Assembly (NCBI GenBank): GCA_965206955.1
Contig: OZ242252.1
Coordinates: forward strand, 2,734,963 to 2,798,962
DNA from: Candidatus Foliamicus sp.
GTDB taxonomy: Bacteria > Pseudomonadota > Gammaproteobacteria > Steroidobacterales > Foliamicaceae
Direction of reading: 5' to 3'
Length of the DNA: 64,000 bases
Part shown: positions 46,798 to 55,517 of the stretch, piece after piece
Layout of the letters: each line of letters opens with the position of its first letter
Position numbering within the stretch: the first letter of the stretch is position 1
Notes under the pieces: generated by a model
The model's database searches: none
What the model was told of the DNA's origin: nothing
The model's input: only the letters and a program-made list of their open reading frames with translations
Program-made: the position numbers and the translations under genes

Positions 46798-48068
46798 TAC
46801 AGTCGTAGAATCAATTGTTGAAACTGCAGATCAGCTTCCGGACTCCCAATATCACGATCACGCTTCTTAATCTCGGCGGCGGAAACTAACGACTGAATAT
46901 ATTCTTCATCTTTGGTAAGCGCTATTCTTGCTTCCTGGTTGACCTCCAAGTCAGCCAAGTCGCCGGTCTCAAGAAGACTAATGGCCAAATCGAGCGCCAT
47001 TTTGTTTTCCGGAATATCGTGCAAATGCAATTCTGACCTAAGCCCATCAACAGCCCTTAGAGAAGCAACCTTCAGCACTACGAGTGTCCTGTATTGATCA
47101 CGAGCCTCCGAATTTGCTCCTATGTAACCTCTATCCCTAAAAACCCTAAGGAGAGTTAGCGGATTGCGTACTCTAAAGTTCGCTGCAAGCAACTGACCCT
47201 TCCTAACCGTGGAGACGAGAGCCATCGCACGCTCGTAGATTTCTCTGTTAGCAGCGTTTAAACGGGTCGCTCCGGGCTTAGGTGTGAAGAGGAATGCTTC
47301 GGACCCATTCCTGAAATCAATTGTTGGAGGTCTTAAGACGCCCTCGGCAGACAATTTCTTAATTAGAGAAAGTTCAATTCCACTAAGCCTCGTCCCCCCA
47401 ATCTCTCTTGTGCTAGCAGTGATACCCAGCGGCCAACCTTGATTCTTGCGTACTTTGTCTAACACACTCTCGATAGCGCTTGCACCACTCGCTGCAGCGG
47501 CATCTGCAAGATGACTTAAGTTGTCAACAAAATAGAACGGACTGATTAGAATTCTGCGACCTCTAGCTTGATGAACTGAGATAATGCCACTGCTACTTCC
47601 TATCGTCAGACACCGATCGAAGAGCGCCTTCTCTATTCCGAGGGACTGAAGCAATTCGTCTGCTTGCCTCGGAGCATTCTGTAGCGCCTTAAGAATCTGA
47701 ATTATCGCAGTCTCGTGGCCATTTAGCGCACATTCCGATTCCGCATACATGCCCACACGTGCGTATACATCATCAAAATTAGGAACTTGGGGAATTATCG
47801 CCTTAATTCTCTTGCCCGATCTGACAAGCTGCGCAACACCAATCGAATCCAGAACTACTAGCACCCTTTCCAATGCGACCGAAGGAATAGACATATAGTG
47901 ATCGGACACCTTTCGGAGTACCTCGTAGTCAATTTCCCCAAGGCCTCTAATGTGAATCGCAAGTGTCGCGGCCATGCCGATTAGTGTTAGGTCGTCAAAT
48001 TCTGGAACTCGCTGGGCAACTAGGCCGGTATGCAGGTCGAAAGCAATCTCTGTATCTTCTTTCTTCAT
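46797..48068 (-). CDS. Hypothetical 423-aa protein, no recognisable motif
   Basis: Long uninterrupted ORF, translationally coupled to the nuclease-like gene. No P-loop or other catalytic motif seen. Confidence 0.55.
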   Translation of the reverse strand: MKKEDTEIAFDLHTGLVAQRVPEFDDLTLIGMAATLAIHIRGLGEIDYEVLRKVSDHYMSIPSVALERVLVVLDSIGVAQLVRSGKRIKAIIPQVPNFDDVYARVGMYAESECALNGHETAIIQILKALQNAPRQADELLQSLGIEKALFDRCLTIGSSSGIISVHQARGRRILISPFYFVDNLSHLADAAAASGASAIESVLDKVRKNQGWPLGITASTREIGGTRLSGIELSLIKKLSAEGVLRPPTIDFRNGSEAFLFTPKPGATRLNAANREIYERAMALVSTVRKGQLLAANFRVRNPLTLLRVFRDRGYIGANSEARDQYRTLVVLKVASLRAVDGLRSELHLHDIPENKMALDLAISLLETGDLADLEVNQEARIALTKDEEYIQSLVSAAEIKKRDRDIGSPEADLQFQQLILRL

Positions 48069-48235
48069 TAGATTTTCAGTAGCCTGCTGGCGATCGCCTA
48101 GCCGAGAGATGGTCTGATCATGTCCTTGAGCTGACTTGGTGGCCCAGTATTGTAGTTGACCATGCCAGCCTTAATGGAGTGCTCCTGGTCTGGTAGACAC
48201 TTCCGGGCTATGACCCGAGCATAGGAGGACGTGCC

Positions 48236-48532
48236 ATGAGCAACCAAAGATACAGCCCCGAATTCAAGGACGAAGCCGTCCGACATATCGTCGATCGCGG
48301 ATATTCCGTTGCGGAAGTTGCGGAAGTTTCGGAAGTTTCGGAAGTTGCGGAACGCCTCGGCGTTTCGGCGCATAGCCTGTACAAGTGGGTGAAGGCGATA
48401 AAGCCGGACAAGACTGACGAGCAGGCTGCAGCATTGACATTGGTCGAAGCGCGTAGTGAAGTTCTCAAACTGCGTGCGCAGCTGAAGCGCGCCGAGGAGG
48501 AGCGCGACATCCTAAAAAAGGCCGCAAGGTAA
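48236..48532 (+). CDS. IS3-family transposase OrfA carrying an in-frame 9-bp repeat expansion
   Basis: YSPEFKDEAVRHIVDRGYSVAEVAEVSEVSEVAERLGVSAHSLYKWVK. Confidence 0.75.
   Translation: MSNQRYSPEFKDEAVRHIVDRGYSVAEVAEVSEVSEVAERLGVSAHSLYKWVKAIKPDKTDEQAAALTLVEARSEVLKLRAQLKRAEEERDILKKAAR
48308..48352. repeat. 5 x 9-bp tandem repeat (gttgcggaa / gtttcggaa)
   Basis: Read directly. Encodes (VAE/VSE)x5 inside the HTH of OrfA. Confidence 0.9.
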
Positions 48533-48549
48533 TTCGCTCAAAACCCCGA

Positions 48550-48960
48550 GTGAAGTACCCGTTCATCCACGAACATCGACGCGAGCATGCCGTGCAGCTG
48601 ATGTGCCGTTTGCTTCCAGTCGCACACAGCGGCTTCTACGAATTGGTCAAACGACCGCTCTCCGATCGCGCCATCGAGGATCCGCGGCTGCTGGTACTGA
48701 TCCGCGCCTCGTATACGGCCAGTGGTGGTGTCTATGGCTATCGTCGGGTACACCTGGACTTGCGCGAGGTCGGAGAGGCCTGCGGCAAACATCGAGTGGC
48801 TCGCATCATGAAAGCCAATAAAATCAAAGCCAGACACGGCTACAAGATCCCGCGTGGGATCTACGGCCGACCCTCGATCATCGCCCCGAACAAGCTACAC
48901 GTGAGTTTACGGTCGATCATCCGGATTGCGCCTGAGTGACGGACATCACGTACATCCGCA
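48550..48960 (+). pseudogene. IS3-family OrfB, 5' third only, truncated by IS21-type insertion
   Basis: YPFIHEHRREHAVQLMCRLL.VAHSGFYE...RRVHLDLRE...; ends at ..VTDITYIRT (frameshifted), directly abutting TGTCAATGCC.. Confidence 0.7.
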
Positions 48961-48962
48961 CT

Positions 48963-49357
48963 TGTCAATGCCGAAGTAAATTTCCCCAGTTGCACCGAAG
49001 TAGAAATCCCCACTTTATTGGATGTCCTGGGTCAATGTGAGACCTTTTGTTTGGGAGGGCGTCCGCGTCGTTTCTTGGGCTCTACGGGTGCCGAGATGGG
49101 CGGCAGCCTCAAGTTCTCCGGGACCAGCTTGGCATGTTCTCTGAGCCGGTAGCTGTTGCCGGCGATCTCGATGACGATGGCGTGATGCAACAGCCGGTCC
49201 AAGAGTGCGGCGGCAACCACGTTATCGCCGAACAGCTCGCCCCACTCGCTAAAACCCCGGTTGGAGGTGAGGATGACGGCGCCGCGCTCGTAGCGGGCGT
49301 TGACCAGCTGGAAGAACAGGTTGGCGCAACCCTTTTGCACCGGCAGGTAGCCAACCT
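48963..49357 (-). mobile_element. istB: IS21-family right end with istB 3' half (type A)
   Basis: Terminal TGTCAAT plus two direct repeats (ccgaagtaaatttcccca / ccgaagtagaaatcccca). IstB from Walker B LDEVGYLP..LTSNRGFSEW..LLDRLLHH. Confidence 0.7.
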
Positions 49358-49507
49358 CGTCCAGTTATGTTGAGCTCAACATAACCGTTGTTATGTGGAG
49401 TTGGCTCTGTCGTGGGCTCAGCAACTACCGGTGCCGAGCACCGCCGACTCCACATAAGTAGGAGCTCCACATAAGTCGATTTATGTTGAGCTCAACATAA
49501 CTGGACG
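49358..49507. repeat. 150-bp palindrome-bounded element joining two istB halves head-to-head
   Basis: Arms cgtccagTTATGTTGAGCTCAACATAAc (49358-49385) and TTATGTTGAGCTCAACATAActggacg (49481-49507). The interior carries ttatgtggag and 2 x ctccacataagt. Confidence 0.75.
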
Positions 49508-49890
49508 ACTGGGGACTTGCGAAACTCACCGCCCCTCAGCGCCGCGATCTGCTGGACATCCTCGAAGACCGCCACGAGCGCCGCTCCACCGTGGTGACCA
49601 GCCAGTTACCGATCGAACACTGGCACAAAATGATCGGCGAACCCACCCACGCCGACGCCATCCTCGACCGGCTGGTGCACAATGCCTATCGCATCGCGCT
49701 GAAGGGAGAATCCATGCGGAAAGTCAACGCGAAAGGAGGAAGATCACTGAAAGCCCAGTCATAATATCCAAACCGCGCCGCTACGCTCCGACGGGGTGGC
49801 AACTTTGCCTGGATGAGGTGGCAACTTTGGCTTGGAACAAGTGGCAGCTTTGAAATGGACCAGGTGGCAACATTCAGTGGAATACGCATC
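49501..49890 (+). mobile_element. istB: IS21-family istB 3' half (type B) plus right-end multi-repeat terminus
   Basis: [34 protein letters not shown] (stop at 49762-49764), then 4 x ggtggcaac(t/a)tt-type repeats to about 49890. Near-identical copy at 59527-59825. Confidence 0.75.
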
Positions 49891-49908
49891 TAGAGAAATC
49901 GATAGCTT

Positions 49909-50877
49909 ATGACCAACGCGTATATTTGCGCCTCGACCATAGATGACCTGATGCGGTGCGCGCTCACCATGATTCTCGAAAATGGCAAATCAGTTAATGC
50001 GTCTCGGGGAAGAAATCTGGAGATTACAGGGGTTCTACTTGAATTAACGAATCCTAGGGCAAGGCTTAGTCGAACCGAGACTAGGGGTAAAGCATTCAGT
50101 GCGCTAGGTGAATTGTGTTGGTATTTGGCAAAGTCTGATCGACTAGATTTCATTGAGTACTATTTGCAGCATTACAGCAGCGAGGGAACGGGGGAAAAGG
50201 TTATTGGTGCCTATGGTCCTCGGTTATTCAACTGGAACGGTCTGGATCAATTCTCAAACGTTGTGGATCTCTTAAAAACAAAAAGACACTCAAGGCAAGC
50301 TGTAATCCAACTCTTCTCTGCGAAGGACATAGCGGATCGTCAAACTGAAGTCCCTTGCACTTGCACACTGCAATTCTTAATTAGGAAAAATGCACTCAAT
50401 CTATTCGTCTACATGAGATCGAACGATGCTTACTATGGGCTAACTCATGATGTGTTTTGTTTCACTATGCTTCAAGAGATAATGGCTAAAGAACTTGGGG
50501 TGGTGCTAGGACACTACAAGCACATGGTGGGCAGTTTGCATCTTTATGAAGGAAAGCTTGAGCCCGCACGGAAATTCCTGGATGAAGGATGGCAACCCAC
50601 CCGCATATGTATGCCGAGAATGCCAAGCGGAGATCCGTGGCCAGCAATCGGATGGCTCTTGGAACGAGAATCAGAAATCCGGGAAGATCTTGTCGATGAC
50701 GACTACGACTTTTCGGGAGTGGACACGTACTGGGCAGACTTGGCTCGATTACTTCTGGTCTTTAAGTACTACAAAACCCGGCAGCGAGAACAACTTGCGA
50801 GTTTGCGGCAGGAGATAAGAGCTGGCTATTTCCTTCCTTTTGTTGACAGGGTCTTAGTTCAAATCAACTCGAAATAA
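49909..50877 (+). CDS. Thymidylate-synthase-fold pyrimidine-nucleotide C5 transferase, apparently cytosine-type (dCMP/CMP methylase or hydroxymethylase-like)
   Basis: Alignment by eye to ThyA landmarks: VPCTCTLQF (PCH..QF), YMRSNDAYYGLTHD (QRSCDVFLGLPFN), GSLHLY (GDTHLY). Catalytic Cys present. Asp at the Asn177-equivalent position. Confidence 0.8.
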   Translation: MTNAYICASTIDDLMRCALTMILENGKSVNASRGRNLEITGVLLELTNPRARLSRTETRGKAFSALGELCWYLAKSDRLDFIEYYLQHYSSEGTGEKVIGAYGPRLFNWNGLDQFSNVVDLLKTKRHSRQAVIQLFSAKDIADRQTEVPCTCTLQFLIRKNALNLFVYMRSNDAYYGLTHDVFCFTMLQEIMAKELGVVLGHYKHMVGSLHLYEGKLEPARKFLDEGWQPTRICMPRMPSGDPWPAIGWLLERESEIREDLVDDDYDFSGVDTYWADLARLLLVFKYYKTRQREQLASLRQEIRAGYFLPFVDRVLVQINSK

Positions 50878-50909
50878 CCGAAGCAAGTCCTCAAGATCTC
50901 GGCTTTCCT

Positions 50910-51722
50910 GTGCAGACACTCCTGGTTCAACTGCTTGATCGGCTGGACGGTCCTTCAATGAACGGGACTGGCGTTATCCCTTGGAGTTCCCCAGTTCCCG
51001 CATTTGGTGATATTGCACATGCACAAGTTGCAACTTTAGGCATTAATCCCAGTAACAGGGAGTTTGAGGATGCGTCCGGGGTTGAGTTAGTGGGAAACAC
51101 GCGGCGGTTTCAGACTTTACGGTCTTTGAATTTGCGCTCTTGGGCTGACGCAGATTTCCGGCACATTCGAAAAATATTATTCTCATATTCAAATTACTTC
51201 CTACGTAATCCATATGACAGATGGTTTCGCGTACTGGACAGCGTAATTCAGGGTGCTAATGCGTCTTACTACAGCCCAACGTGTTCTGCATGCCATCTTG
51301 ACTTGGTTCCCTACGCAACCAAATGCAAATGGACAGAACTCAATTCTGGCCAAAGGCAAAAGTTACTGGATACGAATTCCGAAATACTAGGCATCTTGCT
51401 TCGTGATTCTCCAGTTAGAGCCCTGATCCTCAACGGCAGGTCGGTGGTACGTCAGTTCGAGGTGCTCACCGGAACCTATTTGGAGCCAACACCAATGCCT
51501 TCGTGGTCACTCCCGCGGAAGGGGGGACCTGACGTGACGGGAATCTCATACAAGGCTCTGGTGCAGAATATCGCGGGTGTTGAACTGAGTCGTTCAATCC
51601 TCGTCCTAGGCTTCAATCACAATCTTCAGAGCAGCTTTGGAGTGACAAATCGTGCAATAGGCGAAATTCGACGTTGGATTTCCAATTCCCTGGGCGAAAT
51701 TAGATATGCGACCAAAGGATAG
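50910..51722 (+). CDS. UDG-superfamily-like protein (putative N-glycosidase)
   Basis: N-terminal VATLGINPSNRE (compare MUG/TDG GINPG). C-terminal LVLGFNHNLQSS (compare HPSPLS / NPSGLS). Motif order and spacing fit the UDG fold. Unverified. Confidence 0.5.
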   Translation: MQTLLVQLLDRLDGPSMNGTGVIPWSSPVPAFGDIAHAQVATLGINPSNREFEDASGVELVGNTRRFQTLRSLNLRSWADADFRHIRKILFSYSNYFLRNPYDRWFRVLDSVIQGANASYYSPTCSACHLDLVPYATKCKWTELNSGQRQKLLDTNSEILGILLRDSPVRALILNGRSVVRQFEVLTGTYLEPTPMPSWSLPRKGGPDVTGISYKALVQNIAGVELSRSILVLGFNHNLQSSFGVTNRAIGEIRRWISNSLGEIRYATKG

Positions 51723-52647
51723 GCCCAGGGCGAACGAACTCGAAAGCGCCCTAGCCGCTTTCAACACGGAAAAGACGCCCCTCTTGGGTATCGAGGATCC
51801 AGAAATCCGCAACTGTTTCTTGGAACAGTTAATGGAGAGTGTACGCCGTGTGGAGTATGTCCGAGTAATTCGAAGCCGTCCCCTAAGTCCACGGAGAATG
51901 AATCCGAATGACGAGTTGTTTGATCCACTTCGGGCAGCAATTCTGCATCATGATTCCGGGAATATCGATGAGGCCTTTTGGTTGGTTTTTCTGTTCGTGC
52001 ATTTCGGCAAACATTCGAAGGCCAAATGGAGATACATAAGGGACGTATATGGTTGTTTAGGAGCGCAAGAGAGATGGAGTTGGGAAAGAGTAAGTCGTCA
52101 TGTCTCTGCCTTTCGTGCCTGGCTTCATGCGCATGAGAAGGACATCAAACGCCCGGGGGTTCCAGGCGGGTTTGGTAATCATCGCAAGTACCAAAGCATG
52201 GATGCCTACTCCAAAAATGGAACTGGCGCGGCAGTAGAGACTTACGTCTCTTGGGTAGGACCAACTAGGAATCACATTGGTCTATTCTGTGAGTTCTACT
52301 CTGAAGCGGGTGGAAATCCCAAGGTCGCCTTTGAATTGATGTTTCGATCAATGAGCGAGGTTGCTAGTTTTGGTCGCACCGCAAAATTTGATTACTTGAC
52401 GATGGTAGGAAAGCTAGGTTTGGCCTCCATTGCCCCAAATGCCGCTTATATCCAGGAATCTACCGGACCGAAGGTTGGGGCGCGATTTCTGTTTCTTGCA
52501 GACCGCAACGCGCGTGTTTCATTAGTGGAAATGGAAACATGGCTTCAGGAACTTGATGAGTACTTGGGCGTTGGCATGCAAGTGTTAGAAGATGCACTCT
52601 GCAATTGGCAGAAAAGCCCACGCACATTCAGACCCTTTCGTGGTTAA
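51706..52647 (+). CDS. Hypothetical 313-aa protein, third gene of ThyA-like cassette
   Basis: Overlaps the previous gene by 17 nt. No named motif. Vague recollection of similarity to glycosylase-fold aGPT-pyrophosphorylase-like proteins (..FGRTAKFDYLTMVGKLGL..), not verifiable here. Confidence 0.55.
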   Translation: MRPKDRPRANELESALAAFNTEKTPLLGIEDPEIRNCFLEQLMESVRRVEYVRVIRSRPLSPRRMNPNDELFDPLRAAILHHDSGNIDEAFWLVFLFVHFGKHSKAKWRYIRDVYGCLGAQERWSWERVSRHVSAFRAWLHAHEKDIKRPGVPGGFGNHRKYQSMDAYSKNGTGAAVETYVSWVGPTRNHIGLFCEFYSEAGGNPKVAFELMFRSMSEVASFGRTAKFDYLTMVGKLGLASIAPNAAYIQESTGPKVGARFLFLADRNARVSLVEMETWLQELDEYLGVGMQVLEDALCNWQKSPRTFRPFRG

Positions 52648-52660
52648 AAGCCAAGGGCCG

Positions 52661-53746
52661 TTAGGCCCACCTATAACGACGCTTCAAAGAATTCAATTGA
52701 GTGTATTCAAGTTTGCCCAAGTGTTGTAGCTGACCAACTACGATGCCTGGCGACACTCCAATACGAACCGCAAACCTGATCACATCCCTAGAGTTTGCTG
52801 GAAGTTGCACTAATTCTTCCTTGTGTTCAATTGGAACAAGCGCATTTGCCGCAAACTCGTTGGCCTCGTTTTCCTCAGGCGTGTCTGGTGCGCTCAAGTG
52901 CTCGAGAACGATTCCTTTAGGCTTGTGAAGCAAAAGGTGGCCTATTTCATGGAAAACAGTGAACCAAAAGTGATCATCTGCTAGATATCGAAAACTCAGT
53001 TGAATAAGCGCCTTCTTGGAGCCAAGAAATCTAACGGCTCCACTAGCATGGCAACCTGTAGGAGTCCTCACGACGACGACAGCCACTCCAGAATCCGCAC
53101 AACAAGCCAACAACTTAGGTAAGAAGCGTCGTGGCTTACTAATACGAGTAAGGGAGCGAATGTATTCAATATTTCTCTCCAGTTGCTTAGGGTTCCAATC
53201 GGCACAATTGACTCTAGCTGCCTCAATTTCACCCTGCCGTAGCCATGCCGCAACTGCCGCTTGTTCTGGCTCAAATGACCGCGAAGTTCGAAAGGCCACT
53301 TGCTCCTGCATCGCCTCGTATTTTTGCCTCCACGCTGCCACACTCATAACGCCAAAGAAACTCAGGCACGATGCAAGCCTCTCGCTTGAATTAGAAACGG
53401 GCTTAATCCAACCAAAATTGACCATATCGCGTACTGGCATGCATTTGACCCACTCTTCTTCGCGCTTGCGCACACTTGCAATGCCCTCCTGAAATAGAAA
53501 ATCTCGATTCATCCAGAATTCAACAGACGAACCGAGAACTTCCGAAAGCTTTCTTGCTAGGCGAATGGTGATTCGAACGCGCCCGCCAATTAGTCGCTCC
53601 ACTTCTTCGGTTGACAGTTCGGTATCCTTGCAGAACCGACGCTTAGATATTCCTTTTTCTCTTAGTATGCTTTCGATTGTGGCTCCAGGAGGAGAAGCCC
53701 AATCGGGTCGAAAGTTTTCAAGATTACTCACCACTGGGTCCAACAT
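52661..53746 (-). CDS. XRE-HTH + ImmA/IrrE (M78) metallopeptidase fusion, antitoxin-like
   Basis: N-terminal HTH (IESILREKGISKRRFCKDTELSTEEVERLIGG). HEIGHLLLH zinc motif. Confidence 0.85.
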   Translation of the reverse strand: MLDPVVSNLENFRPDWASPPGATIESILREKGISKRRFCKDTELSTEEVERLIGGRVRITIRLARKLSEVLGSSVEFWMNRDFLFQEGIASVRKREEEWVKCMPVRDMVNFGWIKPVSNSSERLASCLSFFGVMSVAAWRQKYEAMQEQVAFRTSRSFEPEQAAVAAWLRQGEIEAARVNCADWNPKQLERNIEYIRSLTRISKPRRFLPKLLACCADSGVAVVVVRTPTGCHASGAVRFLGSKKALIQLSFRYLADDHFWFTVFHEIGHLLLHKPKGIVLEHLSAPDTPEENEANEFAANALVPIEHKEELVQLPANSRDVIRFAVRIGVSPGIVVGQLQHLGKLEYTQLNSLKRRYRWA

Positions 53747-54224
53747 TGATTATTCGCACCCGAGAAACTCTTGACCACTCGATGGCGCCCGAATCATCGA
53801 CGGGGTTAACTGGATGATTGGCAACGAAAGTAACTTGGCATCCTTGGCAAAGATCCACGACCATAAACTCGTGATTTCGACAGCGAATCGAACGGGGAGA
53901 ACCAGCTACGAGATCTCTAGGTGATTGGGCGGCCATGAGGTCGGCCAACCTTTCCTTGAGGGAATCACTGACTTCGATTCCAAGTTTCTCCGAGGCACAT
54001 TGCTCATATTCGCATATCTCACGAAGTTGTTTGCTGCCAAATGCGAGATACAAGATTCGTAGTCCCCTGTAACATAGCGTCCTCCTAAGGTAGATTCCCC
54101 GCGTCAGACTCGTAGGCCTTCCTCTATAGGAAAGAGTATTAGCAATTCTAATGTTCTCTGGATCGAGATGACCTAGTTGGCAATGAGAGGCCCCCATTTC
54201 CTGGGCGGCAATTGCCTTACTCAT
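53724..54224 (-). CDS. HigB-like (killer-protein pattern) putative toxin
   Basis: ..LAFGSKQLREICEYEQCASEKLGIEVSDSLKERLADLMAAQSPRDL.. matches the HigB-family N-terminal pattern. Overlaps the HTH-ImmA gene by 23 nt. Start at MSKAIAA (the ORF extends further). Confidence 0.5.
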   Translation of the reverse strand: MSKAIAAQEMGASHCQLGHLDPENIRIANTLSYRGRPTSLTRGIYLRRTLCYRGLRILYLAFGSKQLREICEYEQCASEKLGIEVSDSLKERLADLMAAQSPRDLVAGSPRSIRCRNHEFMVVDLCQGCQVTFVANHPVNPVDDSGAIEWSRVSRVRIINVGPSGE

Positions 54225-54309
54225 ATTTTGATTTTCGCAGTTTGAAAAAAAACTAGTAACAAGCGCGTGAATAGCCGGGTACATCCAGTGCACTTGGAAA
54301 AATCGACGA

Positions 54310-55236
54310 CTACGCCGCGTTGCGAAATAGCTCATACCGCTGCGCCAACCGATCCCGATCCGGAAAATCTGCAGATCGGCGCGGCATGTGAATCTCCCCT
54401 CCATCAAGCAACTTAAGCGCATCTAGCATCTTGCCGTCGTGCTGATCAAGAAGGCGGTCCGAAACGTGCACGCGATAGTCGGGATCGATGCCGATCAGGT
54501 AGGCGTCGAAGGCTGCATGATGGATCTTCGACAGCGGTAATCCATTGGGCACAACGGGCTGTCCCAACTGCTCGTTGGCGTCAGGAATGATGTGTGCGGC
54601 GTCGAGCAGCCGTTTCTCCGGCAGTCCGGAAAGCGAACAGCGACCCCGATAGGCGCTGATCACCGCCTCGCGGAACGACGCCTGGTGAAGCCGCTGCTTG
54701 ACAGTGCGAAGCGCATAACGGCGCTCCTGGACGTCTTCGGGAGCCACTAGTTCTTGCTGATCCACAGCGCCGAACACGATCCGGGCTTTGAGCGCCTTTG
54801 CATCCCAACCCGCCACATACACCGGCACAATGGCCTGGTAACGGCCGGGCGCGATGCCGAGGAAATAAATCACCGGGATCCGGTTTTCGTAGGCCGCTCT
54901 AAGCCATTGGTTGTCGGCGGCGTTCGGGTCATTCCCCATAAAGGCATAGTCGATCGCGTCGTCGCCTTCGAAAATCTGGCGGTGGACTTCCCGCTGATCG
55001 TCGTACCAGACCCGTCCGCCCGGACGAGGAAACACGGTCCTGATCGAGAGCAGGTAATGCATGCTCCTTGGCTTGAATATCCCGCGCTACGGGTTCACGA
55101 GGGGGACACGCTGACCGTCGAAGATGAACCCGGAGCGCAACTCCTTTTGCGTGAGGTGATCATGCATTTTGCTCAGGAGCCTGACGCGCTCGAAGGCGGC
55201 GAGGCGCATCAGCATGTCGGTGTCGTCGGAGCTCAC
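54310..55236 (-). pseudogene. HNH endonuclease paralogue, copy B, single amber codon
   Basis: 927-nt frame. CAG>TAG at 55087-55089 (..LVNP-stop-RGIFKP..). Otherwise uninterrupted and collinear with copy C. Confidence 0.85.
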
Positions 55237-55517
55237 GCGGTGGTTGTCAATGCGGTTATGGATCCCTGGACCGCAAGCTTACAGCTTTCGGCAGCGTTGG
55301 GTATGTCAAGAAGAAAATCGGTTGCGTTTCGCCACATTTAGATGTGTAGCTGCAATTGTCCGCAATGCGGGCGCTGCTATTCAACCCGTCTGGATCATCT
55401 GTCTTGCACCAGAGATGAAACCACCTTTCAGCATGACATCATAGATTCCCATTAGAAGTGCCGTTGGCCAATATGAGGGTTGCGGCACACTTTGATTCAT
55501 CTCGTAGATTGCGCAAG

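Noticed and set aside
19738-55089. In-frame TAG codons in parE, HNH-A and HNH-B as programmed recoding (pyrrolysine or suppression)
   Set aside because: The TAGs replace three different residues (Glu, Trp, Gln), each by a single-base change. No pyl genes or recoding signals are visible in the window. Ordinary genes here terminate with TAG (for example 19707, 32443). Independent nonsense mutations are the simpler explanation, though an amber-suppressor tRNA elsewhere cannot be excluded.
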